Shown piece after piece: positions 55,349 through 64,000 of a stretch of 64,000 nucleotides of DNA. The translations under genes were made by a program, and so were the position numbers. This DNA is from Paracoccaceae bacterium. GTDB lineage: Bacteria > Pseudomonadota > Alphaproteobacteria > Rhodobacterales > Rhodobacteraceae. Every line of letters starts with the position of its first letter. Position 1 is the first letter of the stretch. Below the pieces are notes generated by a model. The model did not search any database. It saw only the letters and a list, made by a program, of their open reading frames with translations, and was not told where the DNA came from. The stretch lies in assembly GCA_020629115.1 (NCBI GenBank), contig JAHDDY010000008.1:3916-67915 (forward strand), given 5' to 3'.

Positions 55349-56435
55349 CGACCCGCGCGAGCGCCGCCTCGACGGCGGCGAAGACGGCCTCGGTTCCCGC
55401 CGTGCCGCCCAGCTCGCAGGTGACGAGCCGCCCGTCCGCGAAGGCCGCCTCGACCGCCCGACGCAGGGCGGACGCGGCGCGCACCGCCTCGACGCTGTCG
55501 TGACGCGCGCCGAGCCAGTCGAGCATCATGGCCCCCGACAGGATCATCGCGGTCGGGTTGGCCAGCCCCTTGCCCGCGATATCCGGGGCCGAGCCGTGGC
55601 AGGGCTGGAACACCGCATGATCGTCGCCGATATCGGCGGAGGGCGCATAGCCCATCCCCCCCATCAGCGCCGCGCCGAGATCCGACAGGATATCGCCGAA
55701 CATGTTCTCCGTCACCGCCACGTCGATCTCCCACGGCTTCTGCACCATGGTCATGGCGAAGGCGTCGACATAGGCGTGGTCGGCGGCGATGCCCTCGAAG
55801 CGGCCCGCCCGCTCGTAGAAGATGTCGCGCCAGAAGGCGAAGGCCTGGAAGACGTTGGCCTTGTCGACCGAGGTCACCTTGCGCAGGCCCCCGCGCTCCT
55901 CCGCGAGGCGGAAGGCGAAGTCGAACAGCTTCTCGCAGACGGGGCGCGTGATGACCATCGTCTCCCGCGCCTCGCGGTCGCCGTCCCGCGTGCCCGGCGC
56001 GGCGGGGGCGAACAGGCCCTCGATGGATTCGCGGACCACGACGTAGTCGATATCGTGCGCGCGCGGATCGGCCAGCACCGCCCGCACCCCCGGTACCGGC
56101 TTGACCGGGCGTACCCCGGCATAGAGGCCGAACTCGAAGCGCAGGTCGATCTGCGGCGTCATCTCGCGCCCATCCGCGTAGCGCACGTCGGGCAGGCCCA
56201 TGGCGGCGAGCAGGATCGCGTCCGACGCCCGCGCCGTGTCGATGGCCGTGCGGGGCAGGGCGCTGCCATGCGCCAGGTAGCACCCCGCCCCCGCTTCGCA
56301 GGGCGACCAGTCGAGGCTGAAGCCCCCCGTCCGCGCGGCGACCGCATCCAGCAGGGCGCGGGTCGGTTCCGTGATCTCCGCGCCGATGCCGTCGCCGGGG
56401 AAGAGCGCGATGCGAAAGGTGTTGGTGCCGGTCAC
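55341..56435 (-). CDS. Isocitrate/isopropylmalate dehydrogenase-family enzyme (tartrate/D-malate dehydrogenase-like)
   Basis: 364 aa from GTG 56435 (GTGA overlap). FRIALFPGDGIGAEI and NMFGDILSDLGAALMGGMG motifs. Confidence 0.85.
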   Translation of the reverse strand: MTGTNTFRIALFPGDGIGAEITEPTRALLDAVAARTGGFSLDWSPCEAGAGCYLAHGSALPRTAIDTARASDAILLAAMGLPDVRYADGREMTPQIDLRFEFGLYAGVRPVKPVPGVRAVLADPRAHDIDYVVVRESIEGLFAPAAPGTRDGDREARETMVITRPVCEKLFDFAFRLAEERGGLRKVTSVDKANVFQAFAFWRDIFYERAGRFEGIAADHAYVDAFAMTMVQKPWEIDVAVTENMFGDILSDLGAALMGGMGYAPSADIGDDHAVFQPCHGSAPDIAGKGLANPTAMILSGAMMLDWLGARHDSVEAVRAASALRRAVEAAFADGRLVTCELGGTAGTEAVFAAVEAALARVDA

Positions 56436-57445
56436 GGTGTCTCTCCGAAGGCTGCGAGAAGGGGGGCGATGTCGTGGTGGTGATGCGGCAGGACGCGCCC
56501 GGCCCCGGGGGCCTCGAACGCGGCGACGGACCCGCCGAGCAGGCAGCCGAGATACGCCGTGCGCATGGCCGGCCCGCCGAGGGCGATGCTGGAGACGTTG
56601 CGCAGGCGGTGCGCGCGGACGGTATCGAGATGGGGGCGGTCCATCCTCCCCTCCGCGAAGGCCGCCTCGACCTCGGCCAGATGCGCGGGGTCGCTGTCCT
56701 CCAGCACCGTCTCGACGGTCCCGTCGGGCCGGACCCGCAGGACCCGGTTCGACACGATGGAGACGACGAGGAGCGAGCCGTCCGCCATCTCCGCCAGCCC
56801 GTCCGGAAAGGTGCCCGGCCCGAAGGTCGCGACGGTGCGCCGGTTCGCCAGCCCGTCCCCCGTCACGTCGAAGGCGCTCAGCCGCCGCCCGAAGGTCTCG
56901 TTCACCCACAGCGTGCCCTCGTCCGCCGAGAGGAGGCATTCGTTGGCGTAGCCCAGCCCCTCCGCGACGATGCGCGTCTCCCCGTCCGCGTGCAGCGCGA
57001 TGAAGCCGCTCGCCGCGTCGGGCCGGTAGTCCAGCGCCCGGGGGACGCGCGTGGTCGAGACGGTGATCCAGAGCCGCCCCCGGCTGTCCGGCGCGACGAA
57101 GTTGGCGGGGGGCAGGGGGCGGCCTGCCACCGCATCGGTCACCGTCTCGGCGCGCCCGTCGGGAAACAGGCGATGGATGCCGCCGCGTTCCTGCCCGAGA
57201 TGCGCGATCAGAAAGCTGCCGCCGTCCTCAAGCGCGATGCCGTTCGGGAAGAGTGCTTCGGGCACGCCGGGTCCGCGCGTGCGCATGGCGAGCGTATGCA
57301 CCCGTCCGTCCGGCGCGATGGCGGCGATCCCGCCCGGCCCCGCGCAATGCGGCGCGAACAGCCAGCCGGAGCGATGCGCGACCACGCATTCCGGGCGCAC
57401 GAGGCCGTCCCCGTGCATCGTCAGGTCATCGGGACCGAGGGTCAT
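56432..57445 (-). CDS. SMP-30/gluconolactonase/LRE-family protein
   Basis: 337 aa. Repeated beta-propeller-type segments (PNGIALEDGG, YANECLLSADEGTLWVNETF, FPDGLAEMADGSLLV). Confidence 0.8.
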   Translation of the reverse strand: MTLGPDDLTMHGDGLVRPECVVAHRSGWLFAPHCAGPGGIAAIAPDGRVHTLAMRTRGPGVPEALFPNGIALEDGGSFLIAHLGQERGGIHRLFPDGRAETVTDAVAGRPLPPANFVAPDSRGRLWITVSTTRVPRALDYRPDAASGFIALHADGETRIVAEGLGYANECLLSADEGTLWVNETFGRRLSAFDVTGDGLANRRTVATFGPGTFPDGLAEMADGSLLVVSIVSNRVLRVRPDGTVETVLEDSDPAHLAEVEAAFAEGRMDRPHLDTVRAHRLRNVSSIALGGPAMRTAYLGCLLGGSVAAFEAPGAGRVLPHHHHDIAPLLAAFGETP

Positions 57446-57507
57446 GGCATTGCATCGGGTGCGCGTGGTCGGGTAGGGGTCGTCATCATCACTGTATGGG
57501 GGCGCGC

Positions 57508-57798
57508 ATGTTCGTTGTCACGGTCGTTTTCGAGGTCGGGTCCGGGGACGCGGCGGCATTCCTCGCCCGCGTCCGGCAACAGGCGTGCGACAGTCTGGAG
57601 CGGGAGCCGGGGTGCCACCGCTTCGATGTTGCCACCGATCCCGACGCGCCCGGCCGGGTGTTCCTCTACGAGATCTACGACGACGCGGACGCCTTCGCCG
57701 CGCATCTCGCCAGCGGCCATTTCAGGGCCTTCGATGCGGCGGTGTCGCCGGTGGTGCGCTCGAAGGAGGTGGGGACGTGGACGCTCCGGCCGGCGTGA
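57508..57798 (+). CDS. Antibiotic-biosynthesis-monooxygenase (ABM/Dabb) domain protein
   Basis: 96 aa from MFVVTVVFEV (ATG 57508). EPGCHRFDV...FLYEIYDDADAFAAHLASGHF is typical of ABM domains. Confidence 0.7.
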   Translation: MFVVTVVFEVGSGDAAAFLARVRQQACDSLEREPGCHRFDVATDPDAPGRVFLYEIYDDADAFAAHLASGHFRAFDAAVSPVVRSKEVGTWTLRPA

Positions 57799-58684
57799 CG
57801 CGCGCCGCGCTCAGCGCCCGCTCCCGCATCCAGATGTAGAGGCCGCTGCACAGGATGATGCCCGCGCCGAGGATGTGCCAGCTTTCGGGCGGCTGGTTGA
57901 AGATGAGCCAGCTCGACGCGGTCATGTAGACGATCTGCACGTAGACGAAGGGCGCGAGGGTCGAGGCGGGGGCGCAGCGATGGGCGACCACGAGCAGCTG
58001 ATGCCCGCCCCAGCCGAACGCGCCGATGAGGCAGAAGGCCGCCCAGGAGACCGCATCGGCGGGCCAGGCCCAGTTCGCCAGCGCGAAGGGCGCGACGAGG
58101 ATGGTGGCCAGACCGGCGGAATAGACCTGCTGCGTCGCCGCCGAATCGACCCCCGCGAGGCGGCGGGTGAGCACCATGTACATCGACGCCATCGTCACCG
58201 CGCCGATGGAGAACAGGATCGCCCAGTGCGTCTCCGCCCCCCAGGGCCGGATCGCGACGACCGCCCCGCCGAAGCCGACGAGGATCGCCGCCCAGCGCCG
58301 CGGCCCGACCCGTTCGCCCAGCAGCGGGATTGACAGGGCGCAGACGATCAGAGGCCCGGTGAAGAAGATGGCCGTGGTCAGCGTCAGCGACAGGTACTTG
58401 ACGGCGGTGAAGTTGCACACCGTCGAGCCGAGCAGGAAGGCCCCGCGCAGAAGCTCCAGCCGCAGGTTCTCCGTATGGAACATCGCCCGCCCCTCGCGCG
58501 GCCAGGCGAGCAGCAGCGACAGCACCGCGTGCCCCGCATAGCGCACGAACACCACCTGAAGCGGCGCCAGCCCCGCCAGCGCCAGCCACTTCGCGCTCGA
58601 ATCGATGCCGGTGAAGACGAGGAAGGCCAGCAGCATCAGCCCGATGCCCTTCAGGACGCGATCCTCGACCGGCTCGACGCTCAT
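57722..58684 (-). CDS. DMT-superfamily (EamA) transporter
   Basis: 320 aa, about ten TM helices, two EamA repeats. Confidence 0.85.
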   Translation of the reverse strand: MSVEPVEDRVLKGIGLMLLAFLVFTGIDSSAKWLALAGLAPLQVVFVRYAGHAVLSLLLAWPREGRAMFHTENLRLELLRGAFLLGSTVCNFTAVKYLSLTLTTAIFFTGPLIVCALSIPLLGERVGPRRWAAILVGFGGAVVAIRPWGAETHWAILFSIGAVTMASMYMVLTRRLAGVDSAATQQVYSAGLATILVAPFALANWAWPADAVSWAAFCLIGAFGWGGHQLLVVAHRCAPASTLAPFVYVQIVYMTASSWLIFNQPPESWHILGAGIILCSGLYIWMRERALSAARVTPAGASTSPPPSSAPPATPPHRRP

Positions 58685-58707
58685 GGGGCGGGCCGATGGC
58701 TACAAGA

Positions 58708-58790
58708 ACTCTGCCCCGGACTTGATCCGGGGCCTGTTCGAGCATCGCGCCTCATGGTGAAAGGCCCCGGATCGGGGTCCGGGGCAGAGT
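58708..58790. repeat. REP-like paired-hairpin element between the EamA transporter gene and folD
   Basis: Left arm CTCTGCCCCGGACTTGATCCGGGGCC, right arm GGCCCCGGATCGGGGTCCGGGGCAGAG. They form a near-perfect 26-nt inverted repeat, and each arm is a hairpin. Confidence 0.7.
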
Positions 58791-58808
58791 CTATAGCGTG
58801 AACCACCC

Positions 58809-59711
58809 TCAGGCCGTCAGCCCTTCCGGCTCCGGCAGGTTCGCGCTGCGCGCCGCCGCCGTCACCGTGTTGGCCAGGAGGCACGCGATGGTCATGGGGC
58901 CGACGCCGCCCGGGACCGGCGTGATGGCTCCGGCGACCTCCACCGCGCTCTCGAAATGCACGTCGCCGACGATCTTGTGCTTGCCCTCCCCCTTCTCCGG
59001 GGCGGGGACGCGGTTGATGCCCACGTCGATGACGGTCGCGCCCGGCTTGATCCAGTCGCCGCGCACCATCTCGGGCCGGCCCACGGCGGCCACCACGATA
59101 TCGGCCTGCCGCACGACGCCCTCCAGGTCGGGGGTGCGCGAATGGGCGATGGTGGGGGTCGCGTTCGCGCCGAGCAGCAGCTGCGCCATCGGCTTGCCGA
59201 CGATGTTCGAGCGCCCTATGACGACCGCACTCTTGCCCGACAGGTCGCCGTGATAGTCCTTGAGCATCATCAGCGAGCCGAGCGGCGTGCAGGGCACCAT
59301 CGCCTTCAGCCCCGCGCCGAGGCGGCCCACGTTCACGACATGGAACCCGTCCACATCCTTCTCCGGTGCGATGGTGTTGATGATCAGGTCGGAATTAAGA
59401 TGCGCGGGCAGCGGGAGTTGCACGAGGATACCATGGACCGCCGGGTCGGCGTTGAGCCGCTCGACCAGCGCGAGGAGGGTCGCCTCGTCGGTGTCGGCAT
59501 CGAGCTTGTGCTCGAAGGAGGCCATGCCGCATTCGACCGTCTGCTTGCCCTTGTTGCGCACGTAGACCTGGCTCGCCGGGTCCTCGCCCACCAGCACGAC
59601 GGCGAGGCCGGGGGTGATGCCATGCTCCTCGGCCATGCGCGAGACGTGGCCCGCGACCTTCGCGCGGACGGTGGCGGCGAAGGCTTTGCCGTCGATGATA
59701 TGGGCGCTCAT
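58809..59711 (-). CDS. folD: Bifunctional methylenetetrahydrofolate dehydrogenase/methenyltetrahydrofolate cyclohydrolase
   Basis: 300 aa. [56 protein letters not shown]. Confidence 0.95.
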   Translation of the reverse strand: MSAHIIDGKAFAATVRAKVAGHVSRMAEEHGITPGLAVVLVGEDPASQVYVRNKGKQTVECGMASFEHKLDADTDEATLLALVERLNADPAVHGILVQLPLPAHLNSDLIINTIAPEKDVDGFHVVNVGRLGAGLKAMVPCTPLGSLMMLKDYHGDLSGKSAVVIGRSNIVGKPMAQLLLGANATPTIAHSRTPDLEGVVRQADIVVAAVGRPEMVRGDWIKPGATVIDVGINRVPAPEKGEGKHKIVGDVHFESAVEVAGAITPVPGGVGPMTIACLLANTVTAAARSANLPEPEGLTA

Positions 59712-59797
59712 GGGGTCGTTCCTCTCGCTGGTCTGGCATCCGCGTCCGCGACCGATTACACCTGTCTCTCTAGCGCTTTAGGCACGGGAGCATCGCA

Positions 59798-60676
59798 ATG
59801 GCAACCATCGGATTCATCGGCATCGGCAACATGGGCGCGGGCATGGCGCGCAATCTTGTCAGGGCGGGCCACGAAGTGACGGTATTCGACCTCGATGCCG
59901 AAAAGGCGCACGGGATCGAGGGGGCGGCGGTGGCCGAAACGGCCGAGGCGGCGGCGCGGGGGCGCGATGCGATCGTCACCATGCTCCCCGCCGGGCCGGT
60001 GGTGGCGCAGGTCTACCGCGGCAGCATCCTGCCCCATGCCGCGCCCGGCACCCTGCTGATCGACTGCTCCACCATCGACGTGGAGACCGCGCGGGTGTTG
60101 GCCGGCGAGGCCGGGGAGGCGGGCTTCGCGATGCTGGACGCGCCCGTCTCCGGCGGGGTGGCCGGGGCCGAGGCGGGCACGCTCGCCTTCATGGCGGGGG
60201 GCGGCGAGGCGGGCTTCGCCCGGGCCGAGCCGATCCTGAACGCGATGGGCGCGAAGGTCGTGCATTGCGGCGAGGCGGGCGCGGGGCAGGGCACCAAGAT
60301 CTGCAACAACATGATGCTCGCCATCCAGATGATCTCCGTCGCCGAGGGCTTCGCCCTGGCCGAGAAGCTGGGCCTGTCGCCGCAGAAGCTGTTCGACGTG
60401 TCGAGCGCGGCGTCGGGGCAGTGCTGGTCGCTGACCACCTATTGCCCCATGCCCGGCGTCGGGCCGACCACGAGCGCGGATAACGGCTACGAACCCGGCT
60501 TCGCCGCCGGGCTGATGCACAAGGATCTGGGGCTGGCCATGGCGGCGGCCGAGGCGTCCGGAGCCGACGTCGCCTTCGGACGCGCGGCCTTTGACGCCTA
60601 TGCCGCGATGGTCGAGGCGGGGGAGGCGGGGGTCGATTTCTCCGGCATCATCCGGGGGAAACGGGAGCTGTCGTAG
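59798..60676 (+). CDS. mmsB: 3-hydroxyisobutyrate dehydrogenase
   Basis: 292 aa. IGFIGIGNMGAGMA NAD-binding motif. DAPVSGG and KICNNM motifs. Confidence 0.9.
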   Translation: MATIGFIGIGNMGAGMARNLVRAGHEVTVFDLDAEKAHGIEGAAVAETAEAAARGRDAIVTMLPAGPVVAQVYRGSILPHAAPGTLLIDCSTIDVETARVLAGEAGEAGFAMLDAPVSGGVAGAEAGTLAFMAGGGEAGFARAEPILNAMGAKVVHCGEAGAGQGTKICNNMMLAIQMISVAEGFALAEKLGLSPQKLFDVSSAASGQCWSLTTYCPMPGVGPTTSADNGYEPGFAAGLMHKDLGLAMAAAEASGADVAFGRAAFDAYAAMVEAGEAGVDFSGIIRGKRELS

Positions 60677-60742
60677 CGTTCAACCACGATTAACCCGTAT
60701 GGCGTAGGCAAGGCGCAGCCAGAAGCCACCACGGATGCCCCC

Positions 60743-61678
60743 ATGCGCCGCCCCGCCGCCCTCGTTGCCCTGACCCTCGCCCTCGTCGCCCTCGCCGCCA
60801 CGCAGTTCGTCGCCGGCGGCGCGCCGGAGGGCCGCGCCGATATCCGCCTTGCCCTCGCGCCGGATGATATCTGTACGGTCGAGGCGGCCACGCGGCCCGT
60901 GCTGGCGACGGAGACGCGCGCGGTGGCCGTCACCCCGGCGCATACGCTGCTGACCGTCACGCCCGCCACGTTCGGCACGCGGACCGAGACCGTCACCGTC
61001 GTCCCCGAACACCGGACCGGCGCGACCTTCGTGGCGGAGGATACCCGCGTCATCGTCAGCGAGCCGACCCGCCGCCTGCGCGCCGTGCCGCCCGTCTTCG
61101 GCCCCGATCTCGTCGTCATCCCCCGCGAGGTGACGCGCCCGCGCGTCGAGGGCGGCGTGCTCGTGGAGGCGGTCGAGACCCTGCCGCCCCTGCCCGAGGG
61201 GCAGGTCGTCGTGACCGAGGCGCGGATCGAGGCGGTGCGCATCAACGCGGGGCTGCGCCTTCTGGAGATCCAGGCCATCGACGCGGATGGGGAGGGCGAG
61301 ATCGTCCCCGCCGAGACGGTCGAGATCGAGGTCCGCACCGTCGAGACCCCGCCCGCCGTCGAGAGCGTCGAGGTCGCTGCCGTGACGGAGACCGTCGAGG
61401 TCGAGACGGTCGAGACCCCGTCGCGCCGCATCGAGGCCGCCGCGCTCTGCGCCCCCGGCGCGCATCCGACGCTCGTCCGCCGGGTGCAGGACGTGCTGGT
61501 CGCCCGCGATATCGAGGCCGGTGCGCCGGGCGAATGGACCCCGGCCACGGTCGACGCGCTCGCCGCGGCGCAGGCCGAGGCCACGGGCCTCGTCTCGCCG
61601 CACCTGCTGGTCGAGACGCTGCGCCTGTGGCTGCCGGAGCTGGCGATACCGGACGACGCGCCCGCCACGTCGTCCTGA
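60743..61678 (+). CDS. Secreted hypothetical protein with Val/Glu/Thr-rich repeats and a possible C-terminal peptidoglycan-binding-like domain
   Basis: 311 aa. Signal peptide MRRPAALVALTLALVALAA. Low-complexity TVE/VE repeats (ETVEIEVRTVETPPAVESVEVAAVTETVEVETVETP). C-terminal VRRVQDVLVARDIEAGAPGEWTPATVDALAAAQAEATGL. Confidence 0.5.
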   Translation: MRRPAALVALTLALVALAATQFVAGGAPEGRADIRLALAPDDICTVEAATRPVLATETRAVAVTPAHTLLTVTPATFGTRTETVTVVPEHRTGATFVAEDTRVIVSEPTRRLRAVPPVFGPDLVVIPREVTRPRVEGGVLVEAVETLPPLPEGQVVVTEARIEAVRINAGLRLLEIQAIDADGEGEIVPAETVEIEVRTVETPPAVESVEVAAVTETVEVETVETPSRRIEAAALCAPGAHPTLVRRVQDVLVARDIEAGAPGEWTPATVDALAAAQAEATGLVSPHLLVETLRLWLPELAIPDDAPATSS

Positions 61679-61805
61679 TCGCCGATCGTCCGTCATCGCC
61701 GGACTTGTTCCGACGATCCATCTCGCCGCCCGCGCGATACCGCTGACCGAGGGATGGACCCCCGGAACGGGTCCGAGGGTGACCGATGATATCGACGTCG
61801 GACGC

Positions 61806-62660
61806 CTACCTGAACAGCATCACCGGGATGCGGCAGGAGCGCAGCATCTCGGTCGTGGTCGAGCCGATGATGAAGTTGCGGATGCGCGAATGGCCGTACG
61901 CGCCCATGAGCAGCATGTCCGCCTCGCCCGCATCGGCCATGTCGGCGATGACCTTCTCCGGCTGGCCCGGCTCGATCCGCGCGTCCGCCGTGTAGCCGGC
62001 CTTGCGCAGCAGGTCGCGCGCCCCCTCGATCCGCTCGCGCATCGCCTCGGTCTCCTGCCCGACCGACAGGAGGCGGAAGTCGAGACCGTCGAAGCCGCGC
62101 AATCCGGCGATGAACTCGACCGCCTTGGTCACGCTGCGCCCGCCGTCGAAGGCGATGAGCACCTTCTCGATGGGCTTGAAGCCGCGGGAGGCGACGAGGA
62201 TCGGCTTGGTGCTCGACCGCACGACCCGCTCCAGGTTCGACCCCAGATGCAGCCGCGCGAAATCGGCGGCGAGGCCCCGCTTGCCGATGACGATCAGGTC
62301 CGCGCCCGCCTCGTATTCCTGGATCGTCTCGACGATGTCGGCGTTGCGCAGGCGGGTGCCGACCTGCACCACGCCGTCCGCCTCGATCCGCGCCTTTGCG
62401 TCGGCGAGGATGGCCCGCCCGCGCTCCTGCGCCAGCCGCGCGGCCTGCGCGTCGCTCTCGGCGAGCTGCTCCAGCAGCGCCGAGCGCGCGCCGAGGCCGA
62501 TGGAGCCGCTGAGATTGCCTGGCACGGTCGACAGCTCGCGCCGCCCGAGCACGTGCAGCACCTCGACCTCGGCCCCCGTGCGCCCGGCCACCCAGGCCGC
62601 GTGATCGCACACGCTCTCGGAATAGAGCGAGCCGTCGATGAAGGCGATGATCTTGGCCAT
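61806..62660 (-). CDS. Tandem universal stress protein (UspA family)
   Basis: 284 aa. Two USP domains, each ending in a G-x2-G-x9-GS-type motif (IGKRGL...LGSNLERVV; MGAYGHSRIRNFIIGSTT). Confidence 0.85.
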   Translation of the reverse strand: MAKIIAFIDGSLYSESVCDHAAWVAGRTGAEVEVLHVLGRRELSTVPGNLSGSIGLGARSALLEQLAESDAQAARLAQERGRAILADAKARIEADGVVQVGTRLRNADIVETIQEYEAGADLIVIGKRGLAADFARLHLGSNLERVVRSSTKPILVASRGFKPIEKVLIAFDGGRSVTKAVEFIAGLRGFDGLDFRLLSVGQETEAMRERIEGARDLLRKAGYTADARIEPGQPEKVIADMADAGEADMLLMGAYGHSRIRNFIIGSTTTEMLRSCRIPVMLFR

Positions 62661-62670
62661 GGGTCTCTCC

Positions 62671-64000
62671 TCAGTGCCCGAGCAGGTCGTCGAGCGCGCC
62701 GGGCTTGTCGTGCACCGCCAGCCGGTCGACGATGGTCTCGCTCGCCTCGTTCAGGCCGACGATCTCGACCTCCGCCCCCTCCCGGCGGAACTTCAGCACG
62801 ACCATGTCGAGGGCGGTGACGCTGGAGATATCCCAGATATGCGCGTCCGACACGTCGATGACCACCCGCTCCACCGCCTCGCGGAAGTCGAAGGCGGCGT
62901 TGAAATCCTCGACCGAGGCGAAGAAGAGCTGCCCCTCGACCCGGTAGCGCCGCGTCGTGCCGTCGTCGGACAGGGTCGAGCCGACGCGGAAGATCTGCGC
63001 GATCTTGCCGGCGAAGAAGATGCCCGAGAGCAGCACGCCGACGAGGACGCCGATGGCGAGGTTGTGGGTCCAGACCACCGTGACGACGGTGGCGAGCATG
63101 ACGATGGAGGACGAGCGCGGATGCTCGCGCAGGTTCCTGATCGACGACCAGCTGAACGTCCCGATGGACACCATGATCATGATTGCCACCAGCGCCGCCA
63201 TCGGGATGCGCCCCACCCAGTCGCCCAGGACGACGATGAGGAACAGCAGGAACACCCCCGCGCAGAAGCACGACAGCCGCCCGCGCCCGCCGGACTGCAC
63301 GTTGATGATCGACTGCCCGATCATCGCGCAGCCCGCCATCCCGCCGATGAAGCCGGTGCAGGTATTGGCGATGCCCTGGCCGATGCATTCCTGGTTCTTG
63401 TCCGACGGCGTGTCCGTCAGCTCGTCCACGATGGAGGCCGTCATCAGCGATTCCAGAAGGCCCACGGCGGCGACGGCGGCGGAATAGGGCAGGATGATCC
63501 GCAGCGTCTCCAGCGTCAGCGGGATGTCCGGGATCAGGAAGACGGGTAGCGTCGAGGGCAGCTCGCCCATGTCGCTGACGGTGCGGAGCTGATCGAAGCC
63601 GAAGATCAGCGTCAGCGCCGTGATGACGACGATGCAGACCAGCGGCGAGGGCACCGCCTTGCTGAGATACGGGAACAGGTAGATGATCCCCAGCCCCAGC
63701 GCGACCATGGCATAGGTCAGCATCGGCACGTCGATGAGTTCGGGCAGTTGCGCCATGAAGATCAGGATCGCCAGGGCATTCACGAACCCCGTCATCACCG
63801 AGCGCGACACGAACCGCATCACCGACCCGAGTTTGAGCAGCCCCGCCCCGATCTGGAGGATGCCCGCCAGCACGGTCGCCGCCAGCAGGTATTGCAGCCC
63901 GTGCTCCTTCACCAGCGTCACCATCAGCACGGCGGTCGCGGCGGTGGCCGCCGAGATCATGCCGGGCCGCCCGCCCGTGATCGCCACGATGACCGCGATG
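62671..64000 (-). CDS. SulP-family anion transporter with C-terminal STAS domain (5' end runs beyond the window)
   Basis: The frame stays open to base 64000. Polytopic SulP core ([29 protein letters not shown]). C-terminal STAS domain ([14 protein letters not shown]...[19 protein letters not shown]). Confidence 0.9.
   Translation of the reverse strand, partial: IAVIVAITGGRPGMISAATAATAVLMVTLVKEHGLQYLLAATVLAGILQIGAGLLKLGSVMRFVSRSVMTGFVNALAILIFMAQLPELIDVPMLTYAMVALGLGIIYLFPYLSKAVPSPLVCIVVITALTLIFGFDQLRTVSDMGELPSTLPVFLIPDIPLTLETLRIILPYSAAVAAVGLLESLMTASIVDELTDTPSDKNQECIGQGIANTCTGFIGGMAGCAMIGQSIINVQSGGRGRLSCFCAGVFLLFLIVVLGDWVGRIPMAALVAIMIMVSIGTFSWSSIRNLREHPRSSSIVMLATVVTVVWTHNLAIGVLVGVLLSGIFFAGKIAQIFRVGSTLSDDGTTRRYRVEGQLFFASVEDFNAAFDFREAVERVVIDVSDAHIWDISSVTALDMVVLKFRREGAEVEIVGLNEASETIVDRLAVHDKPGALDDLLGH

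Noticed and set aside
61190-61420. Reiterated GTCGAG-containing units that might look like a short repeat array or CRISPR
   Set aside because: The units are short, irregular, in-frame coding repeats (Val-Glu/Thr-Val-Glu) inside an ORF with a signal peptide. There is no repeat-spacer periodicity and there are no cas genes.

Overview
High-GC (visibly about 65-70%) chromosomal segment with alphaproteobacterial-type gene content and synteny (sppA-ihfB-lapA-trpF, glnE, tctCBA, cysQ-cysD-cysNC, folD, fhs). Most of it is ordinary housekeeping and transport. Two parts stand out. (1) Positions 1-11435 carry a tightly packed non-flagellar type III secretion (T3SS) core on the + strand: sctL-N-O-Q-R-S-T-U, then an AT-rich spacer, a 64-aa gene with its own Shine-Dalgarno (SD) sequence and intrinsic terminator, a short FHA-type SctD-like gene, a small-protein/TPR-protein pair and sctV. 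In this window the cluster lacks a secretin, sctJ, a gatekeeper, translocon genes and effector genes. Its SctU has SGGQ in place of the NPTH autocleavage motif. It ends 7 nt from a convergent housekeeping gene. (2) A 96-aa GIY-YIG nuclease-domain gene, bracketed by two 45-nt inverted hairpin repeats (39/45 identical), sits between cysD and cysNC. The hairpins share the CCCCGGA/TCCGGGG stem ends with other REP-like (repetitive extragenic palindrome-like) elements in the window. Also notable is a DMSO-reductase-family molybdoenzyme operon with no Tat signal, which has a GST and an alpha/beta hydrolase translationally coupled between the catalytic and Fe-S subunits. Two tRNAs are present, Gly-UCC and Arg-CCU. 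I saw no rRNA, CRISPR array, transposase or integrase. Many long ORFs in the track are antisense or off-frame artefacts of high GC and are not reported.
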